Below are positions 50,671 through 63,678 of a stretch of DNA of 64,000 bases, in pieces. The stretch lies in NCBI GenBank assembly GCA_002633005.1, contig NMRA01000340.1:186001-250000 (forward strand). The letters run 5' to 3'. The DNA is from Phoronis australis. Taxonomy: Eukaryota; Animalia; Phoronida. Each line of letters starts with the position of its first letter. The stretch's first letter is position 1. A program made the translations under genes and the position numbers. The notes below the pieces were generated by a model. The model was not told where the DNA came from, did not search any database, and saw only the letters and a program-made list of their open reading frames with translations.

Positions 50671-51584
50671 CTGAAAAGGAAAATAAGAAGGATTTTAAAA
50701 TGTGAGTAAAGCAGTTGAAGAGGTGACCAATTTTCTGAACGCTGAAACCTGTTATGGTAAAAACTTGCCAACTTTGGACAGAAAAAAAGTCAAAACTGCA
50801 ATTTTTTCATATTTCAAGGATTCCAAGGTTGTTGCCAATGGCCACAATTTTTCAAAATCCTGTCAGGTGCGGATTGGTGCAGCAGTTGAACATGGAAAAG
50901 TAATAATTTGGTGGTACGAGAGAAAATCAAATTTCACTTGGCTGCCATATTGTGTCTTAAACTGGTGAAATTACCATATCTAATTGTAGGGCGGCTGTCG
51001 AGTTATTTGAAGAATTCACCGCGTTTATCAAGTCGGATTTGGTATGACATGTGCGCATTCCTATCGGAAAACATGCAAGGGTTCCTTTTGCGAGATAGTA
51101 GCATCTAACAGATGTGCACATACATTCCAGCAGGTTACACAGCATTGTGTCTAAAAACATTGAAATAATTAGTGTTTCTTTTCCCACTCACTATGACTGC
51201 TCCAGACACACCATGAACATCTCTTTTGAAGCTTAAACTTTTTAGACTTTAGAAAACATCTTTACAGGCACACAGCAACAAATATGGCTTCGCTATTGAG
51301 CTCTGCACACGATATGCAATTCGAATGAAGACTATTGTGTTTACAAACTCGACTTAATATGCAAATTGATTGAAAACTATTTGGTCATTTCAAAAATATG
51401 AATTTTAATTAAAAAATGTTTGTCGAATTAACCATTTCCAGTTTTAAGCCCATTTCTTGTTCAGTTTTGTTATGTACCAGTGGAGAGCTACCATAATTAA
51501 ACTGAAGCACTACTACAAAAAGAGCCAATTTGTGCACAAACCTCTAAAACCAATGGCCGGACATCGTCAAATATTCCAACAAAC

Positions 51585-51770
51585 CTGTTCATAGCCATCG
51601 AGGTGATGAAAGTTTTTCATTTCGAACACATTTCCTTCAACCGCTAAAAGGGCAATCTGGGATTCTTTGAGAATCCGAGGTGTAAATGAGGAAAGTTCTA
51701 AACAGTTTTCATCAAGCCGAAGCACCTTCAGTCTTGGACACTGCACGACATTTTCAGAAAGTGTGGAAAT
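51585..51770 (-). CDS. LRRC57: LRRC57 exon 4 ([62 protein letters not shown])
   Basis: ctttcag| ... CAG|gtttgt; 186 nt, phase 0-0; CPRLKxLRLxENCLEL motif. Confidence 0.95.
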
Positions 51771-52481
51771 CTGAAAGAAGGATATTTACTAGTTCAAACA
51801 ACAGACTAGAATTATTTTATATAGTCACAAGAGCAATAGATAAACAGCTAGATAAAAACATGCAGTTCAAAAGCTTGTTTTTGAAGTGATTATAAATCCG
51901 TGTTCTGTCCACATCATATAAGTGAATTTTAAGGTCACTTATCCTTGTAAAATTGGTCTCAGCTTGTTTCTTACTCAGGTGAGAAACAATTTCTGGATTT
52001 GCAAAGGACTGACAGTTCGTTACTTGTTGAAGCCATGTTCGGCATGTAAAATGACAAGCCGTAACAAGGCAATGTCCAGAACCTGGTCTCAAGCAATAAA
52101 GAACTCTCAGTTCTTTTGAAGCCCTGGAAATCACCTCTCCAATTTGACCCAGGAACAATTTGAGACCAACTATGGTAAGTGGTCTAAATAAAAACGATTT
52201 ATGCGATTGAAGGCATTTTTATAGTCACCTTAATTGCTCTTTGCAGCACACACTTCATGAACAGCACAAAATTATGATTAAACACGCAATAACGATGCGA
52301 AAGGTTGGTATACTAAATGTTAAAACAGGCAAATGTAATTTGCAAAGACCCAACTCAAAATCCAGTTTTATAGTGTTATTGTCTTGGAAACAGTCTATCT
52401 ATTCTGTCAAGTGATCAAAGAAGCTACTGAATGATGTCACAAGTTCATAACGCGTACTGCATCCCACCCAAAACACTTTAC

Positions 52482-52750
52482 CTGATTTTGATTCAAATTC
52501 AGTTCTATCGCTTGCAAGTCCTTGATTTCCGGTGGCACGTCTGTTATTCCATTGTGTGATAAGTCTAAAACATCTAAGTTCCTCAGAGCACATAGGCAAA
52601 CCGGGAAACTCTTCAACCTGTTCCCAGACAAATTTAATTTGCGTACAGACTTTGCATTAACAACAGCATCAGGTAAATGTGTTATCTGGTTGTCGCTCAG
52701 TGATAATGTCTCCAACTTCAACAACTTGCCAACCTCAGCGGGGAGTGTGT
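52482..52750 (-). CDS. LRRC57: LRRC57 exon 3 (TLPAEVGKLLKLETLSLSDNQ...IELNLNQNQ)
   Basis: ttttcag| ... CAG|gtaaag; 269 nt, phase 1-0; LxxLxLxxN repeats. Confidence 0.95.
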
Positions 52751-53706
52751 CTGAAAAACAGATGAAAACGTGTTCGATTACTACATTAACAATTAAAGTA
52801 CATCGAAAGTCAAAGAAGTTCAAAATAAATTTTTCTCAAAGTGTGTGACTTTTTACACATTGCAGTGTTTGGTGCAAAAACCTCCTTGGTGTACTTTTTT
52901 AACAAATTAATGGGCGGCTTGATAGACATTAGACTACAGTAACGAAGAATGGTCTCTCATTTGAACAGATTGAGAGAAGAAAGCAGTCCATGTAAGTGTA
53001 TTTAATCGTTCAACGTGACTACCTAAATGCATGCACTTATACTGGCAGACAGGATCCTTGTTCATTAGCATCACATGGTGAATTTCAAGCTGCCCACATC
53101 ACAAGTCATGTAATACTCTATTGTGCGCAGAATTATATCTAGTTAAAACAACTCAGTTACAAAATAACAGTGTGCTGAATGATTACTATTTTCTGAATTT
53201 TGATAACGCAGAATTGCAAAAATATGATCTTTAATATAAAGCAGAGGTTAGCAACTGGGGTCATAGTTCACACAGGTCATAGTGCACACAGGTTTGGAGT
53301 CACATTAAAAGACAAAAAAACATGGAAGCTGTGTTAACCTATTCGAAATCAAAATTTGTAGAAACTCATATTTACTTTGTTTTCCCTTCTTTAGAATTTA
53401 GGATGAATCACATCAAATAACAGATAACATTCAATCAGTACAGGGGTAAATTGATCATGTATATTTTTGTATTTTTACTATCAATGTCACTTTCTCTGAA
53501 TTCATTAAAAGTGAAGTTATATTATTATTCCACTTTATCGGACATTTTATTCCAACAGAAATTTGAAAATCAATTTATAAGTAATATTCTAAATACCCAG
53601 TAAGTCAAATTCTGTTGATTTTGAAAAAAATGTTGCTTTGTAATATAAAGTTTTCAAATAATCAAGTAAAAGTCCTCTTGTTTACTATATTTGAAAACTC
53701 TGATCA

Positions 53707-53940
<234 letters not shown>

Positions 53941-54644
53941 CTAAAATTAAATCAAATCTTTACACTTAAAACATACATGTTTATTAGAATATCCAGGTGT
54001 TCTTCTCCGAATACAATATAACATAAATAACAGCCGACACTGACGATACTGACAATGTTGCTCATGAAGTATTTTTTACATTAAAATACAATAAAAATTT
54101 TATATCGCAAAGAGAAGCCTAAAACAATATGTGCACAACCTACAAGGTAACGCAGGCCTTCTTTATAGGTAACGCCTTCCTGGAACAACTCAAAGAAGAA
54201 AAGAAAAAAACTGATCATGCTGGTCGATTTGAGAAAAACACTGAAATGTGGGATAAATAGGTAGCAGTTGTTAGAGGTCATTAAAAAGAGTGATGATAAA
54301 TTGGTACATCAGAAAACTGTGTCTTGATTACAGCATCCTGTACTTGGTCAACAGTTAAAAAATTGACAGTCCCAACAGTCCCTCTCCCTCCATTGCGTAT
54401 ACTAATATAAGTTCATTTGGCATAGTCAGAGCAATTGTTGCATCAGCAATGATTTCACAGCAATGAAAGAAAATATTATACATTTCTGAATCATGAAATA
54501 TTCTTATGCTCTGTACAGAAAAGGCAGATTCCCATCAATCGGGATCAATGTGAACTAGCCTTCGTGCAAAGCTGTATAAAATCAGCTGTTAATAAAAAAG
54601 CAGCATAACAAACATCAAAGACAAACCCAATAAAACACTACTAC

Positions 54645-54791
54645 CTTCAATAAATTCAAACTTCCAAGCTGGCAAACTCCGGTCCTAATTGCGGTTTGAA
54701 GATGCTTATCTAAGTTTTCTAGCTGATGAACTTGACTTCTAAAATCTTTCCAAGCCCTTTCCTCTTGCACTTTGGCTCGCCTCGACCTTAC
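54645..54791 (-). CDS. LRRC57: Possible in-frame extension of LRRC57 exon 1 carrying a second copy of the N-terminal motif
   Basis: Stop-free read-through ending LDKHLQTAIRTGVCQLGSLNLLK with a phase-0 donor AAG|gtagta. Confidence 0.5.
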
Positions 54792-54872
54792 CTCATCTAA
54801 CCCCGTGTTCCCAAGTTGACATGCTCCTGTTCTTTCGGCTGTTTCAATATGTTTGTCAATCTTATTCCCCAT
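54792..54872 (-). CDS. LRRC57: LRRC57 exon 1 (MGNKIDKHIETAERTGACQLGNTGLDE)
   Basis: accATGG start; GAG|gtaagg donor; matches human [28 protein letters not shown]. Confidence 0.95.
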
Positions 54873-55090
54873 GGTTTGTTTAGAAATTCATCACTGACGA
54901 ATTTGACTTCTCTCTGATGGTAAAATTTTTCATTTCCGGCAACAAACGTTTGCACGCATGCGCGTCAGACTCGCACTTGATAATTGCAGGTCCGCAGCAA
55001 ACGTCGTTTCCTGAGTAAGAGGTTAGATGTGGTTAGCCCGGTTTGCTTGGACAGTTTGCATTTCAAGTTATCACAAACCTGTGCGTAAGA
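54873..55090. promoter_or_regulatory. Bidirectional promoter/5'UTRs of LRRC57 and NTPCR
   Basis: 218 bp between divergent ATGs; ETS-like ATTTCCGG (54932) and NRF1-like GCACGCATGCGC (54952). Confidence 0.75.
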
Positions 55091-55139
55091 ATGGCGTCAT
55101 CGTCAACAGCAAAGCTTATACTTGTTACTGGGCCTCCTG
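55091..55139 (+). CDS. NTPCR: NTPCR exon 1 (MASSSTAKLILVTGPP-)
   Basis: agaATGG start; first half of Walker A (GPPGVGKT); CTG|gtaaga, phase 1. Confidence 0.9.
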
Positions 55140-56455
55140 GTAAGATGGTGATACGTAACATGTTAGATCAGCATTAAGCGCGGGCCCTTAAAGCTTGTAG
55201 TTGGTTTTGCTTACTACTAGACTCTAGAGTAGATGAAGGTTCTTAAAAACTAGTCAATCATCAATGCACCGCCTCGTGTGGGTGCCTTGGTGTAGGCCCT
55301 GTCATCATTTGAGCTGCTTAGCCAAGTTGACAAAAAGTTAAATAACAAAAACAAGACGCTGTGCTTCATACGAGGTTTCGATACATGTCTCAATATCATT
55401 AGGTATGATACAGCCAGTACACAGGTGCAATTTGAATAAATAAGTTGTGTGTAAAAGACGAGACAAATCCGTAATCCATTACCTCACGTCACAGTGCATG
55501 ATACAGTATTGAACATCCAACTCCTACCACAACTCTACTGTGTTTGCATGCTCAAATGTTCTCTGTTATAGTTCAGGTTGGGTAGATTTATGGGCAAGCG
55601 TAGTTCTTGTCATAGTCATAGTTTGTGTGGTATTCCTGCTATCTGATCAGTTTTAAAACAGCTGATGTCAGTTTGTTTGTAAAAACATGCACAATTGCAC
55701 ATTTATTGTGGTGTGATGCATGTCACTTGAAAAAGAAACACGGAACTTGATGCTTTGTGGTTGTTAAAAGTGGATAAAGTTACTCAACAAATGACTTTTA
55801 GTTGTCTTCTTACAACATCGCACCCGGTCCCTGGTTACCCGTGACCCAATCAGACTGGCCGAGACTGGTATAAGTGGAAAAATCTACACAATTTCTACTT
55901 TTAAAAAATTACTATTTTGACACCTTATATTTTGTAGATATTTGGCTCAATGCATGGATTTGGTGACGAAACGAGTCTAAACCCGCTTCCATCAAAAATA
56001 ACTTTTAATTTGGGTTTCCTATGGTTATAAAACAGGTATTACTTGCTCCTTACTGGGATCAGACGTGACACCTATGGGCTTGGAAAGAATTGGCGGTTTA
56101 TTATTGGTTGAGATCAGGCTGTACTACAATAATGTTGACTTGTCATGGTGTGTCATTCATGTGTTGAGTATGGTCTCGAGTACACCGGATTTTGTCATCT
56201 CTTCCCAGGCACAGTAATCGTTGCTCATCTGAGTACTGATCAAGGTTTATCATGGTATTCAGTCTAAATCAGAAGCTTCTGTGATTGAGAGATGGGCTTT
56301 CTTACATCTAATGTTGGCTTAAAACATGAACACTCAGAAAGAAGCAAACTCCTGCCCCACCATATTCTTGCCATCAATTGCTTCAATAAATAGTTAAAAA
56401 TAATTTATATGTAGACTTTTCCTTAACTTTTGGTTATTTTCCTTGACTTTTGGAG

Positions 56456-56621
56456 GTGTTGGTAAAACAACAGTTGTGAGGAAGGTCTGTGAGAAACTGA
56501 TCTCCAAAGACAAACGTGATGTCGCTGGATTTTACACGGAAGATGTGAGACAGCATGGTCAAAGGATTGGTTTTGATGTCGTTACACTAGATGGGAAACG
56601 AGGAGAGTTGGCCCGTGTCAG
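56456..56621 (+). CDS. NTPCR: NTPCR exon 2 (GVGKTTVVRK...GFYTEDVRQHGQRIGFDVVTLDGKRGELARV-)
   Basis: THEP1/NTPase_1 motifs GFYTE and RIGFDVVTL; unusual GAG acceptor; CAG|gttggt; phase 1-2. Confidence 0.92.
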
Positions 56622-57539
56622 GTTGGTGGAAGACAGACTTTGAAATATTTGTGCTAATTTAGGGTATGTTGCAGCGCAAAGTCTAAATCACCTCTAAATT
56701 ATGAAACTTTTCAGTAAAGTTAGTAGAAACTGTTTTTCAGAGTATTATTTATACCTACATTCAATTCTGTAAGCATGAGAAGGCTTATCTTTTCAAGACT
56801 GCGTCTGTATTTGATTGAAATAAAAAAATGATGGACTTAAGATTGTTTGTGAAATTCAATAACTTTGAAAATGGGACTTTTACATTTTTCAAATACGCTC
56901 TCAGACAGTAATGTTTGTTTCTGGAACTATCAGATTGATGTCTATTTCACAATCTTGAGATGGCTGGAGCAAATGATAAGTTTCCAATTCCATCAAGGAT
57001 TTGTTGCAAAAAGGTAATTGAGTTTTATTTTAAAGAGATTTTAATTTATAGTAATTGTGATGTGCATGCAATTTTTTTCTTGGTTGTCGAAAAATTTTGT
57101 TAGCTTCTCACCTTCTCCAGTTCATTTTCCTTGACTTTACGATATACTCTCCTTTCTGTTGTCCTCATACTCATGTTGGAGTGTCAAACTGCACTGCTAT
57201 GAACCCACCTGTGACATTTCCATATTTGTTGTAACGGAAATTCATTGTACCATATCAACTTACAGTTTGGGACTTGTGGAATGGAATGTAACTAGCAAGC
57301 AGACAATGAAAAAGCAAGCAGACGTTAAATCAAGTTTGATGTAATGTTGTTCTTAGCATCTCCATCATTGGGTTTTTGCATTTCATCATGAAATTTCCAT
57401 AATTTGTAAAATTCTACTTTATGATAAGTAACCAATGCTAGTGTAGGAATAGTTTGTACATTTCATAAAAAGGTGATTAAACAGCATTAACGTAGCATGG
57501 TTACAAAATTATGCAGTGAGGTTTTAATGTTATTTGTAG

Positions 57540-57645
57540 CCATACCAGTGACATACCAACTCAGAGACGGGATTTTAGGGTTGGTCAGTACTCAGTTAAC
57601 TTGCAGTCATTTGAAAGACTAGTGCTGCCCCTTTTGAGATCACAG
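57540..57645 (+). CDS. NTPCR: NTPCR exon 3 (HTSDIPTQRRDFRVGQYSVNLQSFERLVLPLLRSQ)
   Basis: ttgtag| ... CAG|gtaaga; RVGQYxVxLxSFE motif; phase 2-0. Confidence 0.92.
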
Positions 57646-57790
57646 GTAAGAGCGTACTTGAAGAAATCCAAAACTATTCTGCCAGTGTCTAAAATGCTTT
57701 CTGATCATCTTTATGTCATTGGTATTTTAAGGATTTTATTCATTTCTCTATATAAAGGTCATACAGTCTCTAAAAATTCTTTCATGCACC

Positions 57791-58390
57791 GTAGTTGTTT
57801 GGATACAACAAGGTTAGACGATGCTGCCTCATTTATAAGTGAATTTGAACAACGATGCTTTGATATTGACATCCTGGATTGGAGAGACAAATGAATATAT
57901 TTTCTCAATCGTTAGATGTTTACAAAATAGTTAAATGTAATTTGTAGCTGAAAAATACATAACATGTTTGGAAAATAGTTTTCACAGAGTAGCCCTCGCA
58001 AGATTCAGATGCTTGACGCATTCTTTAATGATTGTTCAGGGAAGGTTTAGTGGACTTGATAGAGAGGACAGAATATAAGTTTCTGCTGTGACAGTGGGAA
58101 AGTGGAAACAGAATTACACTTTCTTCTCGAATGTAATTTATATTCTTATGTACGTGTGCTGTTCTTACCAAGATATGATAAAGTTGACGAGATAGTGTTC
58201 AGAGATTTTTTACAGACTCGTGATTTAAATGTCTTGTGAAAATTTTCTAGATATTTAATTAAAGTTGAGAAACATCAAAAAGAGTTCCTTGATATAAATT
58301 AATTTATATTTGAAAAATCTTGTACTCTCTATGTATTATATATTTATAACGTGGGCTGGAGTCCCGTTACATGAAATAAACCTACTTTTT
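57791..58390 (+). mobile_element. 5'-truncated LINE (RTE-X-like ORF2 C-terminus with zinc knuckle and 3'UTR) flanked by ~30 bp direct repeats
   Basis: RVALARFRCLTHSLMIVQGRF...GKVETELHFLLECNLY; AATAAA near the end; flanks 57761-57790 and 58391-58420 match 27/30. Confidence 0.85.
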
Positions 58391-58576
58391 ATGCAGTCTT
58401 TAAAAATTCTTTCATACACCATGATGGTACAAGAAATTTGTTCAAATAGCTGAGTCAGTAAAAATTCTATGAACACTTGCTTGAAACAAATGGTCGTAGT
58501 TTGCAAAGAATGGTCTGAATATGTTTAACATTTCTCTTTATGATGTAATAGGTTCAGTTCGTGTTTCATTTTACAG

Positions 58577-58765
58577 GAAGATGGTGGGATATGCGTAATA
58601 GATGAAATTGGAAAAATGGAGTTATTCAGTGATGCATTTAAACAGTTAGTCAAAGCAGTCATTCATAAACCCAATCTGACTGTACTTGCAACAGTCCCAA
58701 GTAACAGAGGAAAACCTATTGCATTTGTGGAAGACATCAAACGCCGCTCAACAATGCTGTTCACG
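58577..58765 (+). CDS. NTPCR: NTPCR exon 4 (EDGGICVIDEIGKMELFS...VEDIKRRSTMLFT)
   Basis: Walker B VIDEIGKMEL; ttacag| ... ACG|gtgagt; phase 0-0. Confidence 0.95.
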
Positions 58766-59852
58766 GTGAGTTTGTTTTTGCTTTTAAAAAATGTTTTTTT
58801 AGTGTATTTACACCTGTTACACTGATGTTCAAACTTCAACATTTTTTATAGCTCAAGAATAGTTTCAAAAACTAAAGTTACAGCTGCGATAGATGTGGTT
58901 TGAAACAACCAGTTTTAACAAAGAAGTTTTTGCTTATTAATATAAGGGGCAAACTTATAAACATAAGAATTGAAAAAAACAGGCTGTCTTCAGAATTCCC
59001 TTGTGATGATTGGAATTGGCGTCTGCCTTCAAAAGGATCAGAGATATCGCATGTAGTTGATATGAAGCAACCCAGTCTTTAAAAGGTTGAATAACTTTGT
59101 AGACATAGGTGGCTGTTTGACATTTTTACTTGCAAAGTCTTGAGTGGTGTTTGAGAATGGAAGTCATTATTTTTTACCTTGTTATGGTCTTGTTTGAGGC
59201 ATAGTTTGTGTTATTGAATAACGTAGTTTGCATTTCAAAAGTGCTGGGTTAGAAGCAGCTGCTCCACACATAAATACGACTGTCTTTCTTGAAACCACAT
59301 CTAGTGACATTCTCGTTATCAAAGTGGATTAAATCACTGGTTTGCAATAGGGAAACTAGCTACAGGCATCCATTCTCTACTAACTGTACCAGTGTGTTGA
59401 CTTGATAAAATTAAAGCTGCCTTTTTTCTGTTTAGGGGTCAAAATATATTTTGAGTTTTAAATAAAGAGCTAAAATCAACAGCTCATCTGTGTTGTACTC
59501 CGTGGAAATGATTATTGTTGTGTCACGTGACTGACCTATTTTTAAATTAAAGTCTCAGTATGCCTTTGTCAAAGATTGAGAGTTGGCCAACAAGGAAGAC
59601 TTTGTAAGAGTAAAATTCCTAATTAGATTTTCATTTTTAGCCGACTAAATTGGGTGAAATTAAGCTTTAATAATGCGAACACACAAAAAAATCTCAATCC
59701 ATCTGCAGTAGCTTTTCAAAAAGGGCTTTGTGTAGCTTAAATTTTGCAACTACCACGTTTTATCTGTTATTTTGATTGTATGTATTGTATGCCAGAGGCT
59801 ACATATTCAGCACATTCCAAAACATGGCTTATTCAGTGATTTATGCTTTCAG

Positions 59853-59915
59853 GTTACTAAAGGCAATAGAGATGCTTTAGTCAATGAAATGATAGCGCAG
59901 ATGATTGACAGCTGA
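59853..59915 (+). CDS. NTPCR: NTPCR last coding exon (VTKGNRDALVNEMIAQMIDS*)
   Basis: gctttcag|; VTxxNR motif of the family C-terminus. Confidence 0.88.
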   Translation, partial: VTKGNRDALVNEMIAQMIDS

Positions 59916-60382
59916 AAAAATCACTTTGGAAAGTGGTGATGGAAGGCATAGGACATAGCTATCATATACACAAGTGGAGAAGCTGTTTTACGCACTGTGC
60001 CCACAGAACTGTACTACTAAGGGACAATTCAGTTACAGCCCCGATTGCTTTGTGTGGTTAGTCAGCCTGTTCTGCTATAAGTATCATTTGATTGACCAAG
60101 GGTATGCAGTCCTTTAGCGGGTAATTGTACCGTGTGGCTACTCTAGGTTTGCATTGCATAGACGGTCGATAAAGGGATGCCCCCAAGCTTCTCTCCGCAC
60201 AAGACTAAAAACACCAGTGTGCCATTATTCTGCCATTGAAAACTAGTCACCTCAAGCATCAGCATAGATGAATGCGTAGGTTGAGATTCAGTCATACCAA
60301 TGAGTCACATGATCAATTTTAAGCATGCAGTGTTACCTGGTGCTTTCTTATCAAGTGCCATGCTGTTGCATATACGGTAATG

Positions 60383-60480
60383 GTCGGATATAACCTGCCC
60401 GCACTTTGAGAGCCAGTTTACTCCACTGAATAACGGGCATGAAACGGCTTCTCAAAATATGGGCACATTATAATACGACA
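60383..60480. mobile_element. Foldback hairpin element downstream of the NTPCR stop
   Basis: TTTGAGAGCCAGTTTACTCCACTGAATAACGGGCATGAAACGGCTTCTCAAAA. Confidence 0.7.
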
Positions 60481-60640
60481 ATTTGCCGCATATCCTTATG
60501 CAGCCAATAATTGTTTTCGAGGAACACGTTTCAGTTCCCATGGAGGGTACAGTTCAACTATGATACAACAAATATTCCCAGGACTTATACTTCCGCGCTG
60601 TTGGCTTGAAACGTTTGCACTGTAGTGTTATATGTGAGCT

Positions 60641-60764
60641 AAAATTGGCAATAGTCTGATATAACAGGCCTGTATTTTGAGAACCAATTTCATGCCTGTT
60701 ATTCAGTGGAGAAAACTGGTTCTCAAAATTCGGGTACGTTATGTCAGACCGTTACCCTAAAATT
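60641..60764. mobile_element. Foldback hairpin element, opposite orientation
   Basis: GTCTGATATAAC..TTTTGAGAACCAATTT [22 nt] AAACTGGTTCTCAAAA..GTTATGTCAGAC. Confidence 0.8.
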
Positions 60765-62910
60765 ATGAACCAAGGACCGTGTTTCATCAAAGATCAGAAT
60801 GCTTGGCTTAGTCAAGATGGTCGTACCTTTGACTTTCATTTGCACACAGCTCATTAAAAGGAATCGCGAAGATGGTAACAACTTTTTTGCTCTTCTACAA
60901 AAAATGCAGTGTCTTGTTTACAATAACATCCCCATGACCGTCTTAGGTACAAGCAGATTTACAACCTTTGATCAATTTTAAACCAGGGTCGGATTTGTTT
61001 TAATGCGTTTCAATTTTGCTCGTCTGACAACAATTAACCATGTTTAAATCATTCTTATCCATAAGACCACAATCTGCAAGACCGAAATGAAAAATACATT
61101 AATTACTGACAAACTTTACGACTGCAATAAAGAAACCAGTCACAAAGGCAACCACACGCCACATCGTCCTGACTTAAATTATGTCACCAACTCACCACGT
61201 TAATACACCTACATAAACCTAGAGGCATCAGCAGTGCTTAGCTTTGTTTTCACAGCTTCATTAACGTCGTGTGAGCTTCACGCGGCATTCACTCATTCAC
61301 TATAATTGCAGTTGATTTTTATGATAAGTTACAATAAATTAAGAAGTTTTCATAAAAAGTGTTTATTTCAAATATAAATTCTATTACTGATACCCTTGTG
61401 CTGGTCACACATTGACCAGACAATATATGTTTTGAATACCTGAAATGGAGAAAACACTAACAGTGGAGCATTAATAGGCTCTGCTACACACAAACCATTG
61501 GAGCCACAAACAATGAAATGTCACAATCAAATTATGCTGAGGTAACCCACACAATGGTCCATTCTCTCCCACTAAAAACAACTGTTGCTATTCACTTAGG
61601 ACGAATGCTCAGTCAACAAAAATGAAAACAGAATTGATGCTTTCCCAGAACAATGCCACATGCAACAAGACTAGCACAAGTTTGTCGACATGTACAAAAC
61701 ACATGCATTCTGCAATTTTGATGTCAGGTTTCACCTCATATGGTAAATATCCTCCAGTTAGATTCAACGTAGGGTTCAACATTATCTTTATTTTCACGAG
61801 CGTACAAACCGTACGCTTTTCCCAATTACCTCTCTCTCAAAAGCAGAAAAACAGTGACATTTTATCAGATCTATGATACGTTAAGCTGCAATTGTGCTTC
61901 AATGTTAAATATCAGTAGGTTTGTATAGTGGCGTAGTTAAAAATAGAACAATATCTTCCAACAATTCTTTGTGTTTTTTATTTCAAACTAAACCATCTCA
62001 AACATGCTCTATGCACAGCTTGCACTAATCAATCAACATGCGAAAGCTGTACAGCAATTTCCAGTTAAAAAGCACAAAGGTAGTGCGACAATGTGTCTAA
62101 TGCACATGTAAAACAAAATGGCATAAATTATGATTTTTATTAAAAGTTGACTTTTGTGACTTCACCTAGCCATTTTTGTGAGAAAAGACTAACGATTTGT
62201 ATGCTCATGAAAATGTTGATGCTTGTGAAAGGTCCCTTATGAATGTTTCTATGAATTATTCAACAGTTGGATAAAGGTGAACTGAATTAAAAGCAGCATA
62301 TTTCGTGCTAGAAACATATCACAAAATCACACCTGTTCCAATGAGCTTGAAGCCATTTTATAAACTAGGACACTTAATGAGCTCTACCAGCTGCATAGGC
62401 AATATTGAGACAACCATAAACAAGATTGCAATGACGGTAAATTCAAATCGGATTCATTCTGGTGAAACATCATTCAATTTTAACAGTTAACAATCGGAAA
62501 GAATTTGAATATATTAATTCCTTGCATGAAGATAAATGAAAAATTAATTAAAAATCAATTTAAAATGAGTTTGTAGTTTTCAATTTAAAAGTGCTGAGAA
62601 GTAGAAGAGAGAAATAATTGTCAATCTCATCAAGCTATAAACCAGTGATATACAATCTGCACTATAAAATACAAACAGCTATATTTTACATGGTGGGAAC
62701 AAATGTAGCAACACTCGAGTCAAGACTGCCCATACAACATACAGTCGGCATCAGAAAATAATAATTATTTTAATTATCTGGATACAAATGTTTGATAAAA
62801 TCCCACAAAACAAGACCTCATCCAATGCATTCACTCAACAAGAATTATGACATGAAAATTTTTAGACGTCAACAACTGAGGCCAAAGTGTTGCTAAGAAA
62901 ACACTGTTAA

Positions 62911-62946
62911 GGTTATGATACTTTTCTAGGTTCCTTTTTCATAACC
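62911..62946. mobile_element. 36 bp minimal remnant resembling the TTAA-flanked MITE
   Basis: TTAA|GGTTATGA ... TCATAACC|TTAA. Confidence 0.5.
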
Positions 62947-63574
62947 TTAACGCCAGGCTAAACAAAGCTCCACTGTGCTTTACATTACATTACTGTTCCA
63001 ATAACTTTGCACAAAATTAATTTTCAAATGTTCGTTTTTCAATGTCTCGAAGGCTTGTTACTAATAATGGAAGATTCACAAAGTGTAGTTTAGTGAGTTA
63101 CACAGTGCACGCTACGTTCATTGGTGTAAAATTTCTTTTAGGTTCATATTTGCCAATCAATTTGACAAAACTTGTTTCCAAATGTCAGCCATGTTGTGCG
63201 CTAAAAGGGTGAACTTTGCATCATCTGCTCTTACATCAGCTGTAAAATTTAAGATGGCAACACTTACATCCAGTTGAGTGCTTTGTCGCAACCAACACCA
63301 GGCATCAGTGACTAAACATAACCTCCAGTTTAACGAATTACCAAAATTCATGCATCTTTTTGGAAAATGACTGCTAGGTAAGAAGCTTGAATTAATAGCA
63401 AAATGTTTTAAACATCACTTAATTCTCTCTCATGAAGTCGGCCACTTTGTATGGATAAGGATGAAATACAATAAGACATGTGACCACTGTGAAAGGCATT
63501 GGGTGCTGCATTCATGAAGACAGTACTGCAGAATGTAGGTCAGTGCGCCATCTGTGGACCAGTAGAGAGCATCG

Positions 63575-63634
63575 CTATGCCAGCATACTCAACCAGGAGT
63601 TGGCGTATTGCATTGGCTTCACATTTGGGTGAGG
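63575..63634 (-). CDS. PPP5C: Serine/threonine protein phosphatase 5, last coding exon (PHPNVKPMQYANSWLSMLA*); rest of gene lies beyond the window
   Basis: tgttcgcag| phase 0; matches human PP5 C-terminus PHPNVKPMAYANTLLQLGMM. Confidence 0.88.
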   Translation of the reverse strand, partial: PHPNVKPMQYANSWLSMLA

Positions 63635-63678
63635 CTGCGAACACAAAGTAATACAATATCAGTAGGACTACAAGCTGT

